The notes under the pieces are model-generated. The model was given only the letters and a program-made list of their open reading frames with translations, had not been told where the DNA came from and made no database searches. The translations under genes were made by a program, and so were the position numbers. From an uncultured bacterium (GTDB taxonomy: Bacteria; UBP14; UBA6098; B30-G16): a stretch of DNA of 64,000 nt. Each line of letters opens with the position of its first letter. Positions within the stretch are counted from its first letter, which is position 1. This document shows, in pieces, positions 20,695 through 31,114 of this stretch. The stretch lies in NCBI GenBank assembly GCA_965552135.1, contig CBEVQY010000007.1, positions 1 through 64,000 of the forward strand. The letters are read 5' to 3'.

Positions 20695-22818
20695 TTAAAG
20701 GGGTTCGATCTTGAGCATTATCTCCGTCATGAATTTTTCGCCGCGCCGCAGGTTGAACCTGAAGAGGTGCACGACGGCAGTCTGCTGGTAGATCCTCTCG
20801 AAGCCCGCCTCGGAGTTGGATACGGTCTCCACGGGGAAGATCCAAAGCCCGTCGAAGTGCCCCCGGCAGATGAGCCTGAAGCCCCTGTCCTCGTCGACGA
20901 TCTCGTAGCCGTCGACGTTGGCGAAGGTCGACCTCTCGCCCGGGCGGACGCGGTTTAGCGTCTCGTGCGGAAGGGCAAAGTACCTTTTGGGATCATCCCG
21001 CGAAAGGAGGGCGTAGTTCCCCTCGACGGCGAAGAGAAACTCGTACCACTCGCTTTGGTTTTCGATCTCGTATCGAAGGGTTATGTGGCTTGCGGGCTTT
21101 GTGAGCGCCACAAGCTTTCGCACGACGAGGGGAAAACGTCGTCCCTGGTGCCACAGCGCTCCCTTTCGCTCCATAAGGACCTCAAGCTCCCCGCGCTTCC
21201 GGCGGGTGCGCAAAACCTCATAGGGCTGGTTCACGAAGTCGCCAAGCTCCTCGTACTCCACTCGCTCGAAGTCGTCGGCGGTGGCGTAGGTGAGGAGGAA
21301 GTGGTCCAGTGCGAAGAGCCTGCTGTGCCAGTCGTAGTGCAGAAGCCTCTCCAGACCGCTCTCCTTTGCGGCGACGATCTCGTGGATCGACTTGTGCTCG
21401 TCGCCCACGTCCCCCTGCTGAGCCTCCCAGATGAGTCGGTGATATCCCTCTCTGTGGCGCGCCAGGGTGTTTGTGATGTTCGTCTTCCGCGGCAGGAACG
21501 ATATCTCTTGAATTGCTCCGCCGCGGTGCGGGGCGATCCAGAGGGCGGTTTCGCCGTCGGAGAGTCGGATTTCCTCGCGACCGTCGGCGTCGACGTCGCA
21601 TGAGATGAACGGGCGCAGGGGCGCACGCCGCTCAATCGCACCCTCGGCAGAGAGGATGTTCCTCCAAACCCCTTCGCGCAGGTGGGGCAGATAGAGCCCG
21701 CCGAAGACGCCGTGCCAGTAGGCGCAGTTGCACTGCGACCGAAGAAGCGACCGCTCGGCGTCGGGGAAGTCGTCGCCGAGCCTGCCACGCCTTTGCCGAA
21801 GCCTCTCTGAAACCCAAAGCATCCTCTTGTGCATCCAGTTCGCCTCGGGGTATTTCGCCAGAAAGTTCCGCCAAAACCCGCCCTTTACGAAGGGCTTTAG
21901 GTCCTCAAGCTCACCCGACTCCCGCAGCTTTTTCACCCACCTGTGGAACTTGTAAGCCATCTCGGGCGGCAGGGTCCATTCGCTCATCTCGAAGTATGAC
22001 CCCGTCGGCATGTAGACCCGCCCCGCCGGCGGAAGCTCCTCCAGCGCATCGGCGAAGGGGATGACCCTAAGCCAGTCGCCGTTCGCCTCAAGCGCAGAGA
22101 GGAACTTCTCCATCCATCCCTTCTGCCACACCCACTTTTGCGTTCCCGGCCAAAGCCCGAACTTCTCGCCGTCGTCGGCGAAGACGACAAGCCTTTCGCC
22201 GCCCTGCGTGGCGACGGAGCGAAGGTATTCGATTGTCCGCTCCACCTCGGCGAAGGGCATCGTGTAGCGCAAAACCTCGCTTATCGGGAATATCGCCAAA
22301 GGCTTGCCGCAGTCCTCGGTGATGAAGTATCCAAACAGCCTTTCCTGCTCAACCCCAACGGCTTTGAGGTGATAGTCGTCGACGGCGAGGAACTTTACGC
22401 CGCAGTCGGCAAGGAGGGAGGGGAGATGCGGCTCCCACACGCGCTCGGTAAGCCAGATCCCCTCGGGCAGAACGCCGAAGCGGCTGTAGAGGTAGTCGGA
22501 CATCATCTCAAGCTGTCTTTTCGCGTCGTGCGGAGGTATCGCCGTAAGGATGGGCTCGTAGAAACCGCCGCCCAAAAGCTCGCACTGCCCCCGCGATACC
22601 ATCTCGCCCACAAGCTCCAGAAGCTTGCTGTGCTCCGACTCGATGTATTCCCACACAGGTCCGCTTACGTGCAGCGCAAATGGTATGGATGGATGCCTGT
22701 GCAAAGCCAAGATTAGCGGCTTGTACGAGACCTCCGTCGCGTGCCTGAAGACCGCCTCGAAGTTCCCCACGGGCTGGTGGATGTGAAAGCCCAGGGCAAA
22801 GTTCACCTTCCCTGCCAT
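20695..22818 (-). CDS. GH57 alpha-amylase / 4-alpha-glucanotransferase (DUF1925/DUF1926)
   Basis: HIHQPVGNF, GGGFYEPIL, WLTERVWEP, DDGEKFG.WP, SQCNCAYWHGVFGGLY, ETVSNSEAGFERIYQ. Confidence 0.95.
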   Translation of the reverse strand: MAGKVNFALGFHIHQPVGNFEAVFRHATEVSYKPLILALHRHPSIPFALHVSGPVWEYIESEHSKLLELVGEMVSRGQCELLGGGFYEPILTAIPPHDAKRQLEMMSDYLYSRFGVLPEGIWLTERVWEPHLPSLLADCGVKFLAVDDYHLKAVGVEQERLFGYFITEDCGKPLAIFPISEVLRYTMPFAEVERTIEYLRSVATQGGERLVVFADDGEKFGLWPGTQKWVWQKGWMEKFLSALEANGDWLRVIPFADALEELPPAGRVYMPTGSYFEMSEWTLPPEMAYKFHRWVKKLRESGELEDLKPFVKGGFWRNFLAKYPEANWMHKRMLWVSERLRQRRGRLGDDFPDAERSLLRSQCNCAYWHGVFGGLYLPHLREGVWRNILSAEGAIERRAPLRPFISCDVDADGREEIRLSDGETALWIAPHRGGAIQEISFLPRKTNITNTLARHREGYHRLIWEAQQGDVGDEHKSIHEIVAAKESGLERLLHYDWHSRLFALDHFLLTYATADDFERVEYEELGDFVNQPYEVLRTRRKRGELEVLMERKGALWHQGRRFPLVVRKLVALTKPASHITLRYEIENQSEWYEFLFAVEGNYALLSRDDPKRYFALPHETLNRVRPGERSTFANVDGYEIVDEDRGFRLICRGHFDGLWIFPVETVSNSEAGFERIYQQTAVVHLFRFNLRRGEKFMTEIMLKIEPL

Positions 22819-22903
22819 CACTTTCCCCCTTAGGCGCCTGCTGTGAAATAAACCCGTCGCCTTTGGGCTTTGCAAGGGATATTTTGCCCCACAACTTTTC
22901 CTC

Positions 22904-22933
22904 TTGACGCAGAAAGCATAGTTTAATTAAAAT
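22904..22933 (+). promoter_or_regulatory. sigma70-like promoter of kdsB
   Basis: TTGACG-N18-TAAAAT. Confidence 0.55.
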
Positions 22934-22962
22934 AGTTGGCGAAATCTGAAGGAGGGGGCGTT

Positions 22963-23709
22963 TTGCGAGTACTGGGCGTTATACCTGCGCGTTATGCTTC
23001 GACGAGGTTTCCCGGCAAGATGCTTGCGCCCATTTTGGGCAAGCCGCTTATCCTTTGGACGTACGATGCCGTTTCGCGGGCGCGGGTTTTGGACCACCTC
23101 ATAGTCGCCACCGACGACGAGCGCATAGCTGACCTTGTCGAGCGCCACGGCGGCGACGTTATGATGACGTCGCCTTCGTGCAGGAACGGCACCGAGAGGG
23201 TCGCCGAGGTAGCCAAAAAGCTCCACCTCTACGACGTGATAGTCAACGTTCAGGGCGATGAGCCGCTCGTTGAGCCCGAGGTTGTGGGTGCTGTTGTCGA
23301 GGACCTCATCTCGCACCCCCAGGCTTCCCTCTCGACCGTCGTTGCGCCCGTCGCATCGGTTCGGGAATGGCGCAGCAGCAACGTCGTCAAGGTCGTCACC
23401 GACAAGGACGGGTTCGCGCTCTATTTTTCCAGGTCGCCCATCCCGCACCGCCGAAACGGGAGCATAAAGCCCAAAAAGCATGTTGGCATCTACGCCTACA
23501 GGTGGGAGGATCTCCTCAGGCTTTCGCGCCTGGAGATGACGCCGCTTGAGCGCGAGGAGAGCCTTGAGCAGCTGCGCGCCCTCGAGCACGGTATGAAGAT
23601 CCACTGCGTCGAGGTCCCGCAGGCGGCGGGCTTTGTGGGCGTCGACACCCCCGAGGACATAAGGCGCGTTGAGCGGGCGCTCAAAAAGAGCCTGAAGTCG
23701 AGGAAGTGA
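22963..23709 (+). CDS. kdsB: 3-deoxy-manno-octulosonate cytidylyltransferase
   Basis: IPARYASTRFPGK, VNVQGDEP, ALYFSRSPIP, HVGIYAY, ESLEQLRALEHG, GVDTPED. Confidence 0.97.
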   Translation: MRVLGVIPARYASTRFPGKMLAPILGKPLILWTYDAVSRARVLDHLIVATDDERIADLVERHGGDVMMTSPSCRNGTERVAEVAKKLHLYDVIVNVQGDEPLVEPEVVGAVVEDLISHPQASLSTVVAPVASVREWRSSNVVKVVTDKDGFALYFSRSPIPHRRNGSIKPKKHVGIYAYRWEDLLRLSRLEMTPLEREESLEQLRALEHGMKIHCVEVPQAAGFVGVDTPEDIRRVERALKKSLKSRK

Positions 23710-23726
23710 TTGCGAGGGGGTGATAC

Positions 23727-23933
23727 TTGAGCAAGGTCCTGCGTCTGGGCGAAATCCTGGTGAGGGAGGGGTTCTGCACCTGGGAGGACGTTAAGGCTGC
23801 GCTTGCGGCGCAGGCAAAAGGCGATAGACGAAGGCTGGGGGAGATACTCCTTTCGATGGGCAAAATCACCGAGGAGCAGCTCGAGAAGGCTTTGGCGATT
23901 CAGTGGATGAGCGCAAAGCGCCCGGGCTTTTAA
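23727..23933 (+). CDS. Stand-alone MshEN-type (c-di-GMP-binding) small protein
   Basis: Two tandem RLGEIL..G....L..AL..Q motifs in 68 aa; RBS GAGGGGGTG. Confidence 0.8.
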   Translation: MSKVLRLGEILVREGFCTWEDVKAALAAQAKGDRRRLGEILLSMGKITEEQLEKALAIQWMSAKRPGF

Positions 23934-23945
23934 CACACCCCTCGC

Positions 23946-23974
23946 TTGCCAACAGCTCCGGCTGCGCTTACATT
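23946..23974 (+). promoter_or_regulatory. sigma70-like promoter giving a probably leaderless lptG transcript
   Basis: TTGCCA-N17-TACATT, 6 nt before GTG 23981, no SD. Confidence 0.55.
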
Positions 23975-23980
23975 CAACCC

Positions 23981-25054
23981 GTGAAGCTCCTCGACAGGTA
24001 CATAACCTCCCGCTTTTGGCGCTTCTTCGCCGTTGCGGTAGCTGCGTTCGTCGTCGTTTTTTTGGTGGTCGATATCGTCGAAAACCTCGACCACTACATC
24101 GACAAAAAGGCGCGCGCTGTCGATGTCGTGATCTATTACCTCTATTACCTGCCCTACATAATCGTTCTCGTCACCCCAGTTGGGACACTTCTTGCCGCAA
24201 GCTTTTTGGCAGGATACTTGGTCAAGCACAGGGAGATCGTTGCGCTCAAGTCGGCTGGGATACCTTCGCTTCGCGTGGCGGCAACGCTCATCCTGTGGGG
24301 TGCGGCGATAAGCGTTGGCGTTTTCTTCTGCGGCGAGGTTGTCATCCCGCGCACGAACACAGCCAAGGACGAGCTTAGGCAGTCGAGGATCGACAAGAGA
24401 CGCCGCGGCAGAAGGCGCTTCATAAACGAGCTTTTCTACATCGCCCAGGACGGGGCGGTGTACTACTTCCGCATGTTCGACACCAAGAAGGGCGTTGGTC
24501 GCGACGTCGTCATCCACAGGTTTTCGGACGGGCGCCTGGTGGAGAGGACCGACGCGAGGCTTATGACCTGGCAGGGGACGTTCTGGAGGCTTTGTGACGT
24601 TGCTGTGCGCCGCTTCACCGAGGGGGGCGAAACGCTTGAGCGCTACAGGGAGCTTGACCTTCGGATTCCCGACACCCCGCAGGACTTTGCGCGCAAAGCG
24701 CCAAAACCCGAGGAGATGAGCTTTTGGGAGCTTCGGCGATTCATCCAGAAGGTTCGGCGCAGCGGAATCGAGCCCAAAAGGGAGCAGACCGACCTGTGGA
24801 TGAAGCTCGCATACCCCCTCGTCAACCTCATCGTGCTTATGCTTGGCTTCCCGCTTTCGCTCAGGTCAAGCCGCGGAAGCTACATCTACGGCTTTGGTCA
24901 GAGCTTTTTCGTTGCGTTTATCTATCTTGGTGCTCTTCGCACCGGGCAGGCTCTTGGTTACAACGGCACCCTGCCGCCGGCGCTTGCGGCGTTCGCGGGC
25001 GACATAGTGTTTTTTGCCTTGGGGGTGCTTGTGCTCTGGCTCTACAGGGATTGA
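23981..25054 (+). CDS. lptG: LPS export ABC permease, LptF/LptG family
   Basis: KLLDRYI, EIVALKSAGI, PEEMSFWEL, KLAYP, LPPALAAF. Confidence 0.85.
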   Translation: MKLLDRYITSRFWRFFAVAVAAFVVVFLVVDIVENLDHYIDKKARAVDVVIYYLYYLPYIIVLVTPVGTLLAASFLAGYLVKHREIVALKSAGIPSLRVAATLILWGAAISVGVFFCGEVVIPRTNTAKDELRQSRIDKRRRGRRRFINELFYIAQDGAVYYFRMFDTKKGVGRDVVIHRFSDGRLVERTDARLMTWQGTFWRLCDVAVRRFTEGGETLERYRELDLRIPDTPQDFARKAPKPEEMSFWELRRFIQKVRRSGIEPKREQTDLWMKLAYPLVNLIVLMLGFPLSLRSSRGSYIYGFGQSFFVAFIYLGALRTGQALGYNGTLPPALAAFAGDIVFFALGVLVLWLYRD

Positions 25055-25057
25055 GCG

Positions 25058-26476
25058 ATGGCTTGGCGCCCGCGACATCGGCTCCTGCGATCCGAGAGAT
25101 CGCTTCTGCCGCAGCGGGGAAAGAAATGGTCGTTTCTTGCCGCTGCCCTCTTCCCTAACCGATACGCCGCCGCAATGTCTAACCTCGGCTTCCTCACGCT
25201 GTGGGAGGTGATGCACAGCTTCCCCCAGATCTTCCCGCAGAGGTTCTTCACCGACGTCCGCGGGTCGCTTGAGGAGGGGAGGGAGCTTAGTGCGTTTCCC
25301 GTCATCGCGGCGTCGATCTCCTACGAGATGGACTACATAAACCTCGTCTCTCTTTTGCGGCGCGGCGGCGTTGCCGTGCGCAGGAGGGAGAGGATGGATG
25401 CGCTTTTGATCGTTGGCGGCGCCGCACCGACCATAAACCCCATCCCGCTGGCGGAGGTCGCCGACGCCGTGTTCCTGGGCGAGGGGCGCGAGCACATCCA
25501 AAGGATCTTCGAGCTTGTATGCCGCCTCCGACCCGGTTTTGCCCCAAAGGACGAGATCCTGCGCGCCCTCTCCACCCTGCCAGGCGTATGGGTGCCGGCG
25601 CTCTCCCCAAAGCCGCCGGAGCGTGTGTCATCTGCGGAGACTCTGCCGCCGTCGTCGCCTGTCACATCGAGCCTCGCGGCGTTCCCGAACATGGTGCTCG
25701 TGCAGCTGCAGCGCGGATGCCCCTTCTCCTGCCCATTCTGCGCTACCCCCGTGATATACAACCCCTTCCTCAACTTCGAAGCCGATTCGGTTTTAGAAAG
25801 CGTTTCGCGCTGGGGGAGGCTTTCGCGGGTTGGGCTTGTCGGCTCGGCGATAGCTGAGTATCCGAAGCTTGCGGAGGTTGTCGACGAGCTGCAAAGCCGC
25901 GGGGCGGAGGTTTACACATCGTCTCTGCGCGCCGACCGGGTCGACGAGAGGGTTCTTTCCGCTCTCTCGCGCTCCGCGCAGAAAACGCTGACTTTCGCGC
26001 CCGAAGCCGCAGCCGGGCACCTGAAACGCACCATCGGGAAGGAGATAGACGCCCAGCTTGTCGTCGATGTGGCAAAAAGGCTTGCACCAAAGGAGCTCAA
26101 GCTCTACTACATCGTTGGTCTGCCGGGCGAGGACGAAGCCGACGTGGAGGAGATAGTGCGCGAGGTTAGGGCTGTGGCATCGGCGCTTAAGGGGTGCTTT
26201 GTGGTGGTATCCGTCAATCCCTTCGTTCCCAAGCGCGGCACGCCCTGGGGCGAGGTGCCGATGGCGCCCCACGAAGAGCTTTTGAGGAGGTTTGAGATCG
26301 TAAGGTCTGGTCTTTCGGACGTTTTTGGCGTTCGCGTCGACGTGAACTACAGCCGCAGGCTGAGGCTTCAGTGGGCTTTTTCGTGCGGTGGGTTCGATGT
26401 GGCAGAGGCGCTCGCTTCGGCAAACTCAGCCGCCCAGCTTGCGAAAAAACTGCGCGAGGCAGGCTGGGACGTGTGA
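25058..26476 (+). CDS. Radical SAM protein (B12-binding-like N-terminus)
   Basis: [47 protein letters not shown]. Confidence 0.9.
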   Translation: MAWRPRHRLLRSERSLLPQRGKKWSFLAAALFPNRYAAAMSNLGFLTLWEVMHSFPQIFPQRFFTDVRGSLEEGRELSAFPVIAASISYEMDYINLVSLLRRGGVAVRRRERMDALLIVGGAAPTINPIPLAEVADAVFLGEGREHIQRIFELVCRLRPGFAPKDEILRALSTLPGVWVPALSPKPPERVSSAETLPPSSPVTSSLAAFPNMVLVQLQRGCPFSCPFCATPVIYNPFLNFEADSVLESVSRWGRLSRVGLVGSAIAEYPKLAEVVDELQSRGAEVYTSSLRADRVDERVLSALSRSAQKTLTFAPEAAAGHLKRTIGKEIDAQLVVDVAKRLAPKELKLYYIVGLPGEDEADVEEIVREVRAVASALKGCFVVVSVNPFVPKRGTPWGEVPMAPHEELLRRFEIVRSGLSDVFGVRVDVNYSRRLRLQWAFSCGGFDVAEALASANSAAQLAKKLREAGWDV

Positions 26477-26541
26477 CAAAAATCCTTGCCAAAAAAGAAG
26501 GTTGGGATAAAATTGTTAGGGTCTTTTGTGGAGGGGTTGCG

Positions 26542-27165
26542 ATGCGCGACTGGGACGACTACAGCCAGCTCATCCCGTTCGTCATCGAGCAGACGGGTCG
26601 CGGTGAACGCGCATACGATATTTTCTCGCGCCTGCTTAAGGACAGGATCATCTTCCTCGGAACGACCATAACCGACCAGGTGGCTAACCTCGTTATAGCC
26701 CAAATGCTTTTCCTCGATGCCGAGGACCCGACGAAGCCGATATTTCTGTACATAAACTCCCCCGGCGGTTTTGTTACGGCGGGTCTTGCGATATACGACA
26801 CGATGCAGTTTGTGAAGGCTCCCGTTGCGACGACGGTAGTTGGTCAGGCGGCTTCGATGGGTGCGGTTTTGCTCGCCGGCGGCGAGAAGGGCAGGCGCGC
26901 AGCGCTGCCCAACTCAAGGATAATGATCCATCAGCCCTGGGGCGGCGTCGAAGGACAGGTAAGCGATATCGAGATCCACACAAGGGAGCTTCAGAGGATG
27001 AAGCGCCTGCTCAACGAGATCCTCGCCTACCACACAGGTCAACCCATCGAAAAGATCGAGCGCGACACCGACAGAAACTTCTTCATGTCGGCTCAAGAGG
27101 CGCTTGAGTACGGCATAATCGACAAAGTCTACGAGAGGCCCTCGGAGAAGGGGAAGTCCAGATAG
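26542..27165 (+). CDS. clpP: ATP-dependent Clp protease proteolytic subunit
   Basis: [46 protein letters not shown]. Confidence 0.98.
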   Translation: MRDWDDYSQLIPFVIEQTGRGERAYDIFSRLLKDRIIFLGTTITDQVANLVIAQMLFLDAEDPTKPIFLYINSPGGFVTAGLAIYDTMQFVKAPVATTVVGQAASMGAVLLAGGEKGRRAALPNSRIMIHQPWGGVEGQVSDIEIHTRELQRMKRLLNEILAYHTGQPIEKIERDTDRNFFMSAQEALEYGIIDKVYERPSEKGKSR

Positions 27166-27185
27166 GCTCACAGCGGAGGGAGGTT

Positions 27186-27512
27186 ATGCTTCTTTACATC
27201 CTCATAGCGCTTTTGGTTTTGAACGCGGCGGTTTTGATAATAGCGATATTGCTTCAGCCGCGCGGTCCGGGCGGGCTTTCGGCAGCCTTCGGCGGAGGCG
27301 GGTATGTTGGCGCCATATTCGGCGGCAGAGGCGGACTCGACTTCCTCACAAAGCTTACAGCCGTGCTTGCGCTTATCTTCGTCGTGCTGATACTTGTGAT
27401 AAACGTTTACATCTCATCGCCGCGGGCGCCCAAAAGCCTTATGAAGCGCGAGGTCGTGCCAACAGCGCCCGCAGGTCAAACGCAAACGCCAACCCAGCAA
27501 GGCGGCGAATAA
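27186..27512 (+). CDS. secG: Preprotein translocase subunit SecG
   Basis: TM-ILLQ..GGLSAAFGG..FG..FLTKLT-TM. Confidence 0.9.
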   Translation: MLLYILIALLVLNAAVLIIAILLQPRGPGGLSAAFGGGGYVGAIFGGRGGLDFLTKLTAVLALIFVVLILVINVYISSPRAPKSLMKREVVPTAPAGQTQTPTQQGGE

Positions 27513-27528
27513 GGCGGAGGGGGGAGAG

Positions 27529-28713
27529 ATGGCTCTGCACACAAGAAGGATAGTTTGGGAGGAGGACTGGGAGCGCAAGGAGCTTATCTGGCTTGCTCCC
27601 TACGCCACCTTCAGCTCCAAGAGCCGCGGTCGACACTACCCCGAGCCAAAACACCCCTATAGGCCGCCCTTCGAACGCGACAGGGAAAGGATAATCCACT
27701 CGACCTCGTTCAGGCGGCTTCAGTACAAGACGCAGGTCTTCGTCAACCACGAGGGCGATCACTACCGGACGAGGATGAGCCACACCCTCGAGGTTGCGAC
27801 GATAAGCAGAGCCATAGCGCGCGTTCTTTCGCTGAACGTCGACCTCGCCGAGGCGATAGCCCTCGCGCACGACCTCGGTCACACGCCGTTCGGGCACACG
27901 GGGGAGCAGGTCCTAAACGAGCTTACGCAGGATATAGGGGGTTTTGAGCACAACAAGCAGTCGCTTAGGGTCGTCGAGTACCTCGAGAGGCGATACCCCG
28001 ACTTCCCCGGCCTCAACCTGACGTACGAGACGAGGGAGGGGATAATAAAGCACACGACGCGCTACGATCAGCCCGAGGAGGGGAGCCTTTTCTCCACCGA
28101 GGAGAAGATGCCGACCCTCGAGGCGCAGATCGTAAACGTTGCCGACGAGCTTGCATACACAACCCACGACATCGACGACGGTCTTCGCTCGGGTGTCTTC
28201 ACAATCGATGAGCTTGCCCAGGGCTTCCCTCTGTGGAACGATATCCTTCGCGACGCGCGCAAGGTCGTTGGCGATGGCGACCAGGACCTGCTCAGATCAG
28301 TGTGCGTAAGAAGACTTATCGACATCCTCGTCACCGATGCTTTGGAGGAGTCGGCGCGGAGGATCGAGAAGGCAAACCCCAAAAGCGTCGACGACGTAAG
28401 GAGGGCGAAGTTCCCCCTGATAGCCTTCTCGCCACAGATAGCTGAGCAGCTCCAGTATGCGGGAAAGTTCCTCTACGAGAATATGTACAAGCACTACAAG
28501 GTGCTGCGGATGTCGACGAAGGCGAGGATAATAATCGAGGCGCTTTTTGAGGCATACCTCAGGGAGCCGAACCAGCTCCCCAAGGACACCCGAAAGAGGC
28601 TTGAGGACGAGCCGATAAAGCAGGTCGTCACCGACTACATAGCCGGCATGACCGATAGGTTCGCCATGCTTGAGTATAAAAAGCTTTTCGACCCTTACGA
28701 AAGACTGCTTTAG
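27529..28713 (+). CDS. dgt: Deoxyguanosinetriphosphate triphosphohydrolase
   Basis: RDRERIIHS..FRRLQYKTQVF, RTRMSHTLEV, HDLGHTPFGH, DYIAGMTDRFA. Confidence 0.96.
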   Translation: MALHTRRIVWEEDWERKELIWLAPYATFSSKSRGRHYPEPKHPYRPPFERDRERIIHSTSFRRLQYKTQVFVNHEGDHYRTRMSHTLEVATISRAIARVLSLNVDLAEAIALAHDLGHTPFGHTGEQVLNELTQDIGGFEHNKQSLRVVEYLERRYPDFPGLNLTYETREGIIKHTTRYDQPEEGSLFSTEEKMPTLEAQIVNVADELAYTTHDIDDGLRSGVFTIDELAQGFPLWNDILRDARKVVGDGDQDLLRSVCVRRLIDILVTDALEESARRIEKANPKSVDDVRRAKFPLIAFSPQIAEQLQYAGKFLYENMYKHYKVLRMSTKARIIIEALFEAYLREPNQLPKDTRKRLEDEPIKQVVTDYIAGMTDRFAMLEYKKLFDPYERLL

Positions 28714-28721
28714 GAGGCGCT

Positions 28722-29423
28722 ATGGCTCAGAGGATAGACAGGCACGAGCTCAAACAGGATAAGCTTGCCAGCGACATCGCAAAGATTTACTCGTACGCGG
28801 CCGAAAACCCAACCAAGGTTTTGGTTTGGGTCGCCGTTGTCGTCGTCGTTGTCGTTGGGGTGATAGGCTACATAAGCTACACCCGAAGCATAAGGCGCGA
28901 GGCGCAGCTCAGACTATCCCTGGTCTACATCTTTATCGACACGGGCTCGTATCAGGAGGCGTTAGATACGCTTCGCTCCCTTGTCACAAACTACGGCAAG
29001 ACCAAACAGGGCAAGCTTGCGCGCTACCTTTTGGGTCATATGTACTACGCCTTTGGTCAGCTCGACTCGGCGATCGCGGCGTACGAGGAGTACCTCTCCT
29101 ACCCCGATGCCGACAGCGACCTTGCCGCCGCATGCCTTCTTGGGATAGGCGCGTGCTACGAGGAGAAAAGCCAGTACGACAAGGCGATCGACTACTACAG
29201 GCGCGTTGTGGATGGGTATCCGGACTTCTTCCGTTCGGATGAGGCTTTTGCCTCGATGGCGCGGTGCTACGACGTCAAGGGCGAGAGGGAGGAGGCGCAC
29301 AGGCTCTACAGGCAGTTTTTAGAGAGATACCCCGAAAGCCCCCTGCGCAACAGGGTGATAGTTCTTTTGGCGCGTATGGAGGCGGCGGGGGTTTTGGGAT
29401 CCCAGGGACAAGCAGGGGGGTGA
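28722..29423 (+). CDS. Membrane-anchored TPR protein (YfgM-like)
   Basis: RHELKQD, single TM, several TPR helix pairs. Confidence 0.8.
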   Translation: MAQRIDRHELKQDKLASDIAKIYSYAAENPTKVLVWVAVVVVVVVGVIGYISYTRSIRREAQLRLSLVYIFIDTGSYQEALDTLRSLVTNYGKTKQGKLARYLLGHMYYAFGQLDSAIAAYEEYLSYPDADSDLAAACLLGIGACYEEKSQYDKAIDYYRRVVDGYPDFFRSDEAFASMARCYDVKGEREEAHRLYRQFLERYPESPLRNRVIVLLARMEAAGVLGSQGQAGG

Positions 29424-29427
29424 CGCG

Positions 29428-29832
29428 ATGAGGACGAAGGATGCTTTTGGCTTTCTTAGGGATTTTGCTTCGCCGCGGAGGGGGTGCGGTGGCAGCTCCG
29501 TCCCGCCCCAGATCGACGCGGAGGAGATCGAGGAGGGGAAGTCGATGGCGGTGCTGGCGTACATCCCCGTCCTCTGCTTTGTGCCGTTCATACAGGGGCG
29601 CGAGTCCAACAGATTCGCCTACGAGCACGGAAAACAGGGCGTTTTGCTTTTCCTCTTCGAGGTGGTTGCACTTTTGGGCGCGCTTTTCTGGAAGGCGGCG
29701 CTCTTTCTGGCTGCAGTGGCGTCGGTGGTGGGGATCGTCTTCGTCCTGCAGGGAAAGCTTTGGAAGGTTCCCTTCATAGGCGAGCTTTCGGAGCGACTCG
29801 ACTCCCCGCCCAAAAGCGAAGAGAAAACGTAG
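29428..29832 (+). CDS. Small membrane protein (DUF4870-like)
   Basis: MAVLAYIP, HGKQG.LL, G..WKVPFIG. Confidence 0.7.
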   Translation: MRTKDAFGFLRDFASPRRGCGGSSVPPQIDAEEIEEGKSMAVLAYIPVLCFVPFIQGRESNRFAYEHGKQGVLLFLFEVVALLGALFWKAALFLAAVASVVGIVFVLQGKLWKVPFIGELSERLDSPPKSEEKT

Positions 29833-29899
29833 CAAAATCCCTTGCCCTGGGGAAGGCGGTGCGATAGTTTGGTCGAAAAAACACCAAGGAGGGGAAGGA

Positions 29900-31114
29900 A
29901 TGAGGGGAAAGGTCTTCGCAGGCTTTGCTTTGTTTTTGCTTATGGTCTTCGTTTTGTCCGCGAAGGAGATAAGGGTCGGCGCCCTTCTGCCCCTTTCGGG
30001 AGCTGCCTCGTCGCTGGGCAAGCAGTCGCGTTTGGCGCTTGAGGTCGCCGAGGGCGAAATCAACGACTACCTCGCCAGCATCAAAAGCGACTGGCGCGTT
30101 AAGGTCTTGGTCGAAGACACTCGATCCGAGCCAAACACCGCTTTGGAGAAGCTGCGCAAGCTCGCCAAGGAGGGCGTGCGTTTCGTCGTCGGTCCTATGA
30201 CGAGCGGCGAGGTTGCAGCCGCAAAATCCTTCGCCGACAAAAACGGGATCATCCTCATCAGCCAGTCGAGCACCGCGCCTGATCTTTCCGTGCCAAACGA
30301 CAACGTCTTCAGGCTCGTACCCGACGACAAGCACCAGGCTGAGGTCATAGCGCGGCTTATGGTGAAGGACGAGCTTAAGGTCGTTGTGCCGGTCTGGCGC
30401 AACGACATCTGGGGCAAGAACCTTTCGGCTGCGACGAAGGATTGGTTCGAGAAGCTGGGCGGCAGGGTCCTTGATGGCATAAGCTACGACCCCGGCGCCA
30501 AGGATTTTTCGTCGGTTTTGGGCTCGCTTGAGGCGACGGTGTCGGATGCGGTCAAAAAATACGGCGCCGACGCCGTGGGGGTCTACCTAATATCCCTGAA
30601 CGAGGCTGCCAAGATATTCGAGCAGGCTGGGAAGTTTGACGCGCTTTCCGGCGTCAAGTGGTACGGCAGCGACGGCACAGCGCTGAACAACGAGCTTATA
30701 AAGAACGCCTCCGCCGCCCAGTTCGCGCAAAAGGTTCGCTTCATAAACCCCCTCTACAGCGGCGACGTCACGGAGGAGAGGCTTAGGGTGGGCGAGCTTC
30801 TTAAAGGCAAGCTCGGTCGCGAGCCCGATACATATGCCTTTGTGGCGTACGATGCGCTTTGGCTTGTTGTTTTGACGGAGCTTGTTACTGGTGGCACCGA
30901 CGAGCCCGGGGCGCTGCGACGCGCCTTCACCAGAACCGCAAACTCCTACTACGGCATAACCGGCTGGACGGGACTCAACGACGCAGGCGACAGAGACTTC
31001 GGCGACTACAACTTCTGGACCATCTCCACCGACGGCGGCTCGCCCAAGTGGGAGTGTACCGCAAAGTTCCTCGCCGACCCGGCTATGGAGGGCGTCGTGA
31101 TATACCTCAAGTAG
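29900..31114 (+). CDS. LivJ-type ABC substrate-binding protein
   Basis: Signal peptide, IRVGALLPLSG, EDT, VVGPMTS, SQSSTAP, FRLVPDD, AYDA. Upstream TTGCCC-N17-TAGTTT. Confidence 0.88.
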   Translation: MRGKVFAGFALFLLMVFVLSAKEIRVGALLPLSGAASSLGKQSRLALEVAEGEINDYLASIKSDWRVKVLVEDTRSEPNTALEKLRKLAKEGVRFVVGPMTSGEVAAAKSFADKNGIILISQSSTAPDLSVPNDNVFRLVPDDKHQAEVIARLMVKDELKVVVPVWRNDIWGKNLSAATKDWFEKLGGRVLDGISYDPGAKDFSSVLGSLEATVSDAVKKYGADAVGVYLISLNEAAKIFEQAGKFDALSGVKWYGSDGTALNNELIKNASAAQFAQKVRFINPLYSGDVTEERLRVGELLKGKLGREPDTYAFVAYDALWLVVLTELVTGGTDEPGALRRAFTRTANSYYGITGWTGLNDAGDRDFGDYNFWTISTDGGSPKWECTAKFLADPAMEGVVIYLK

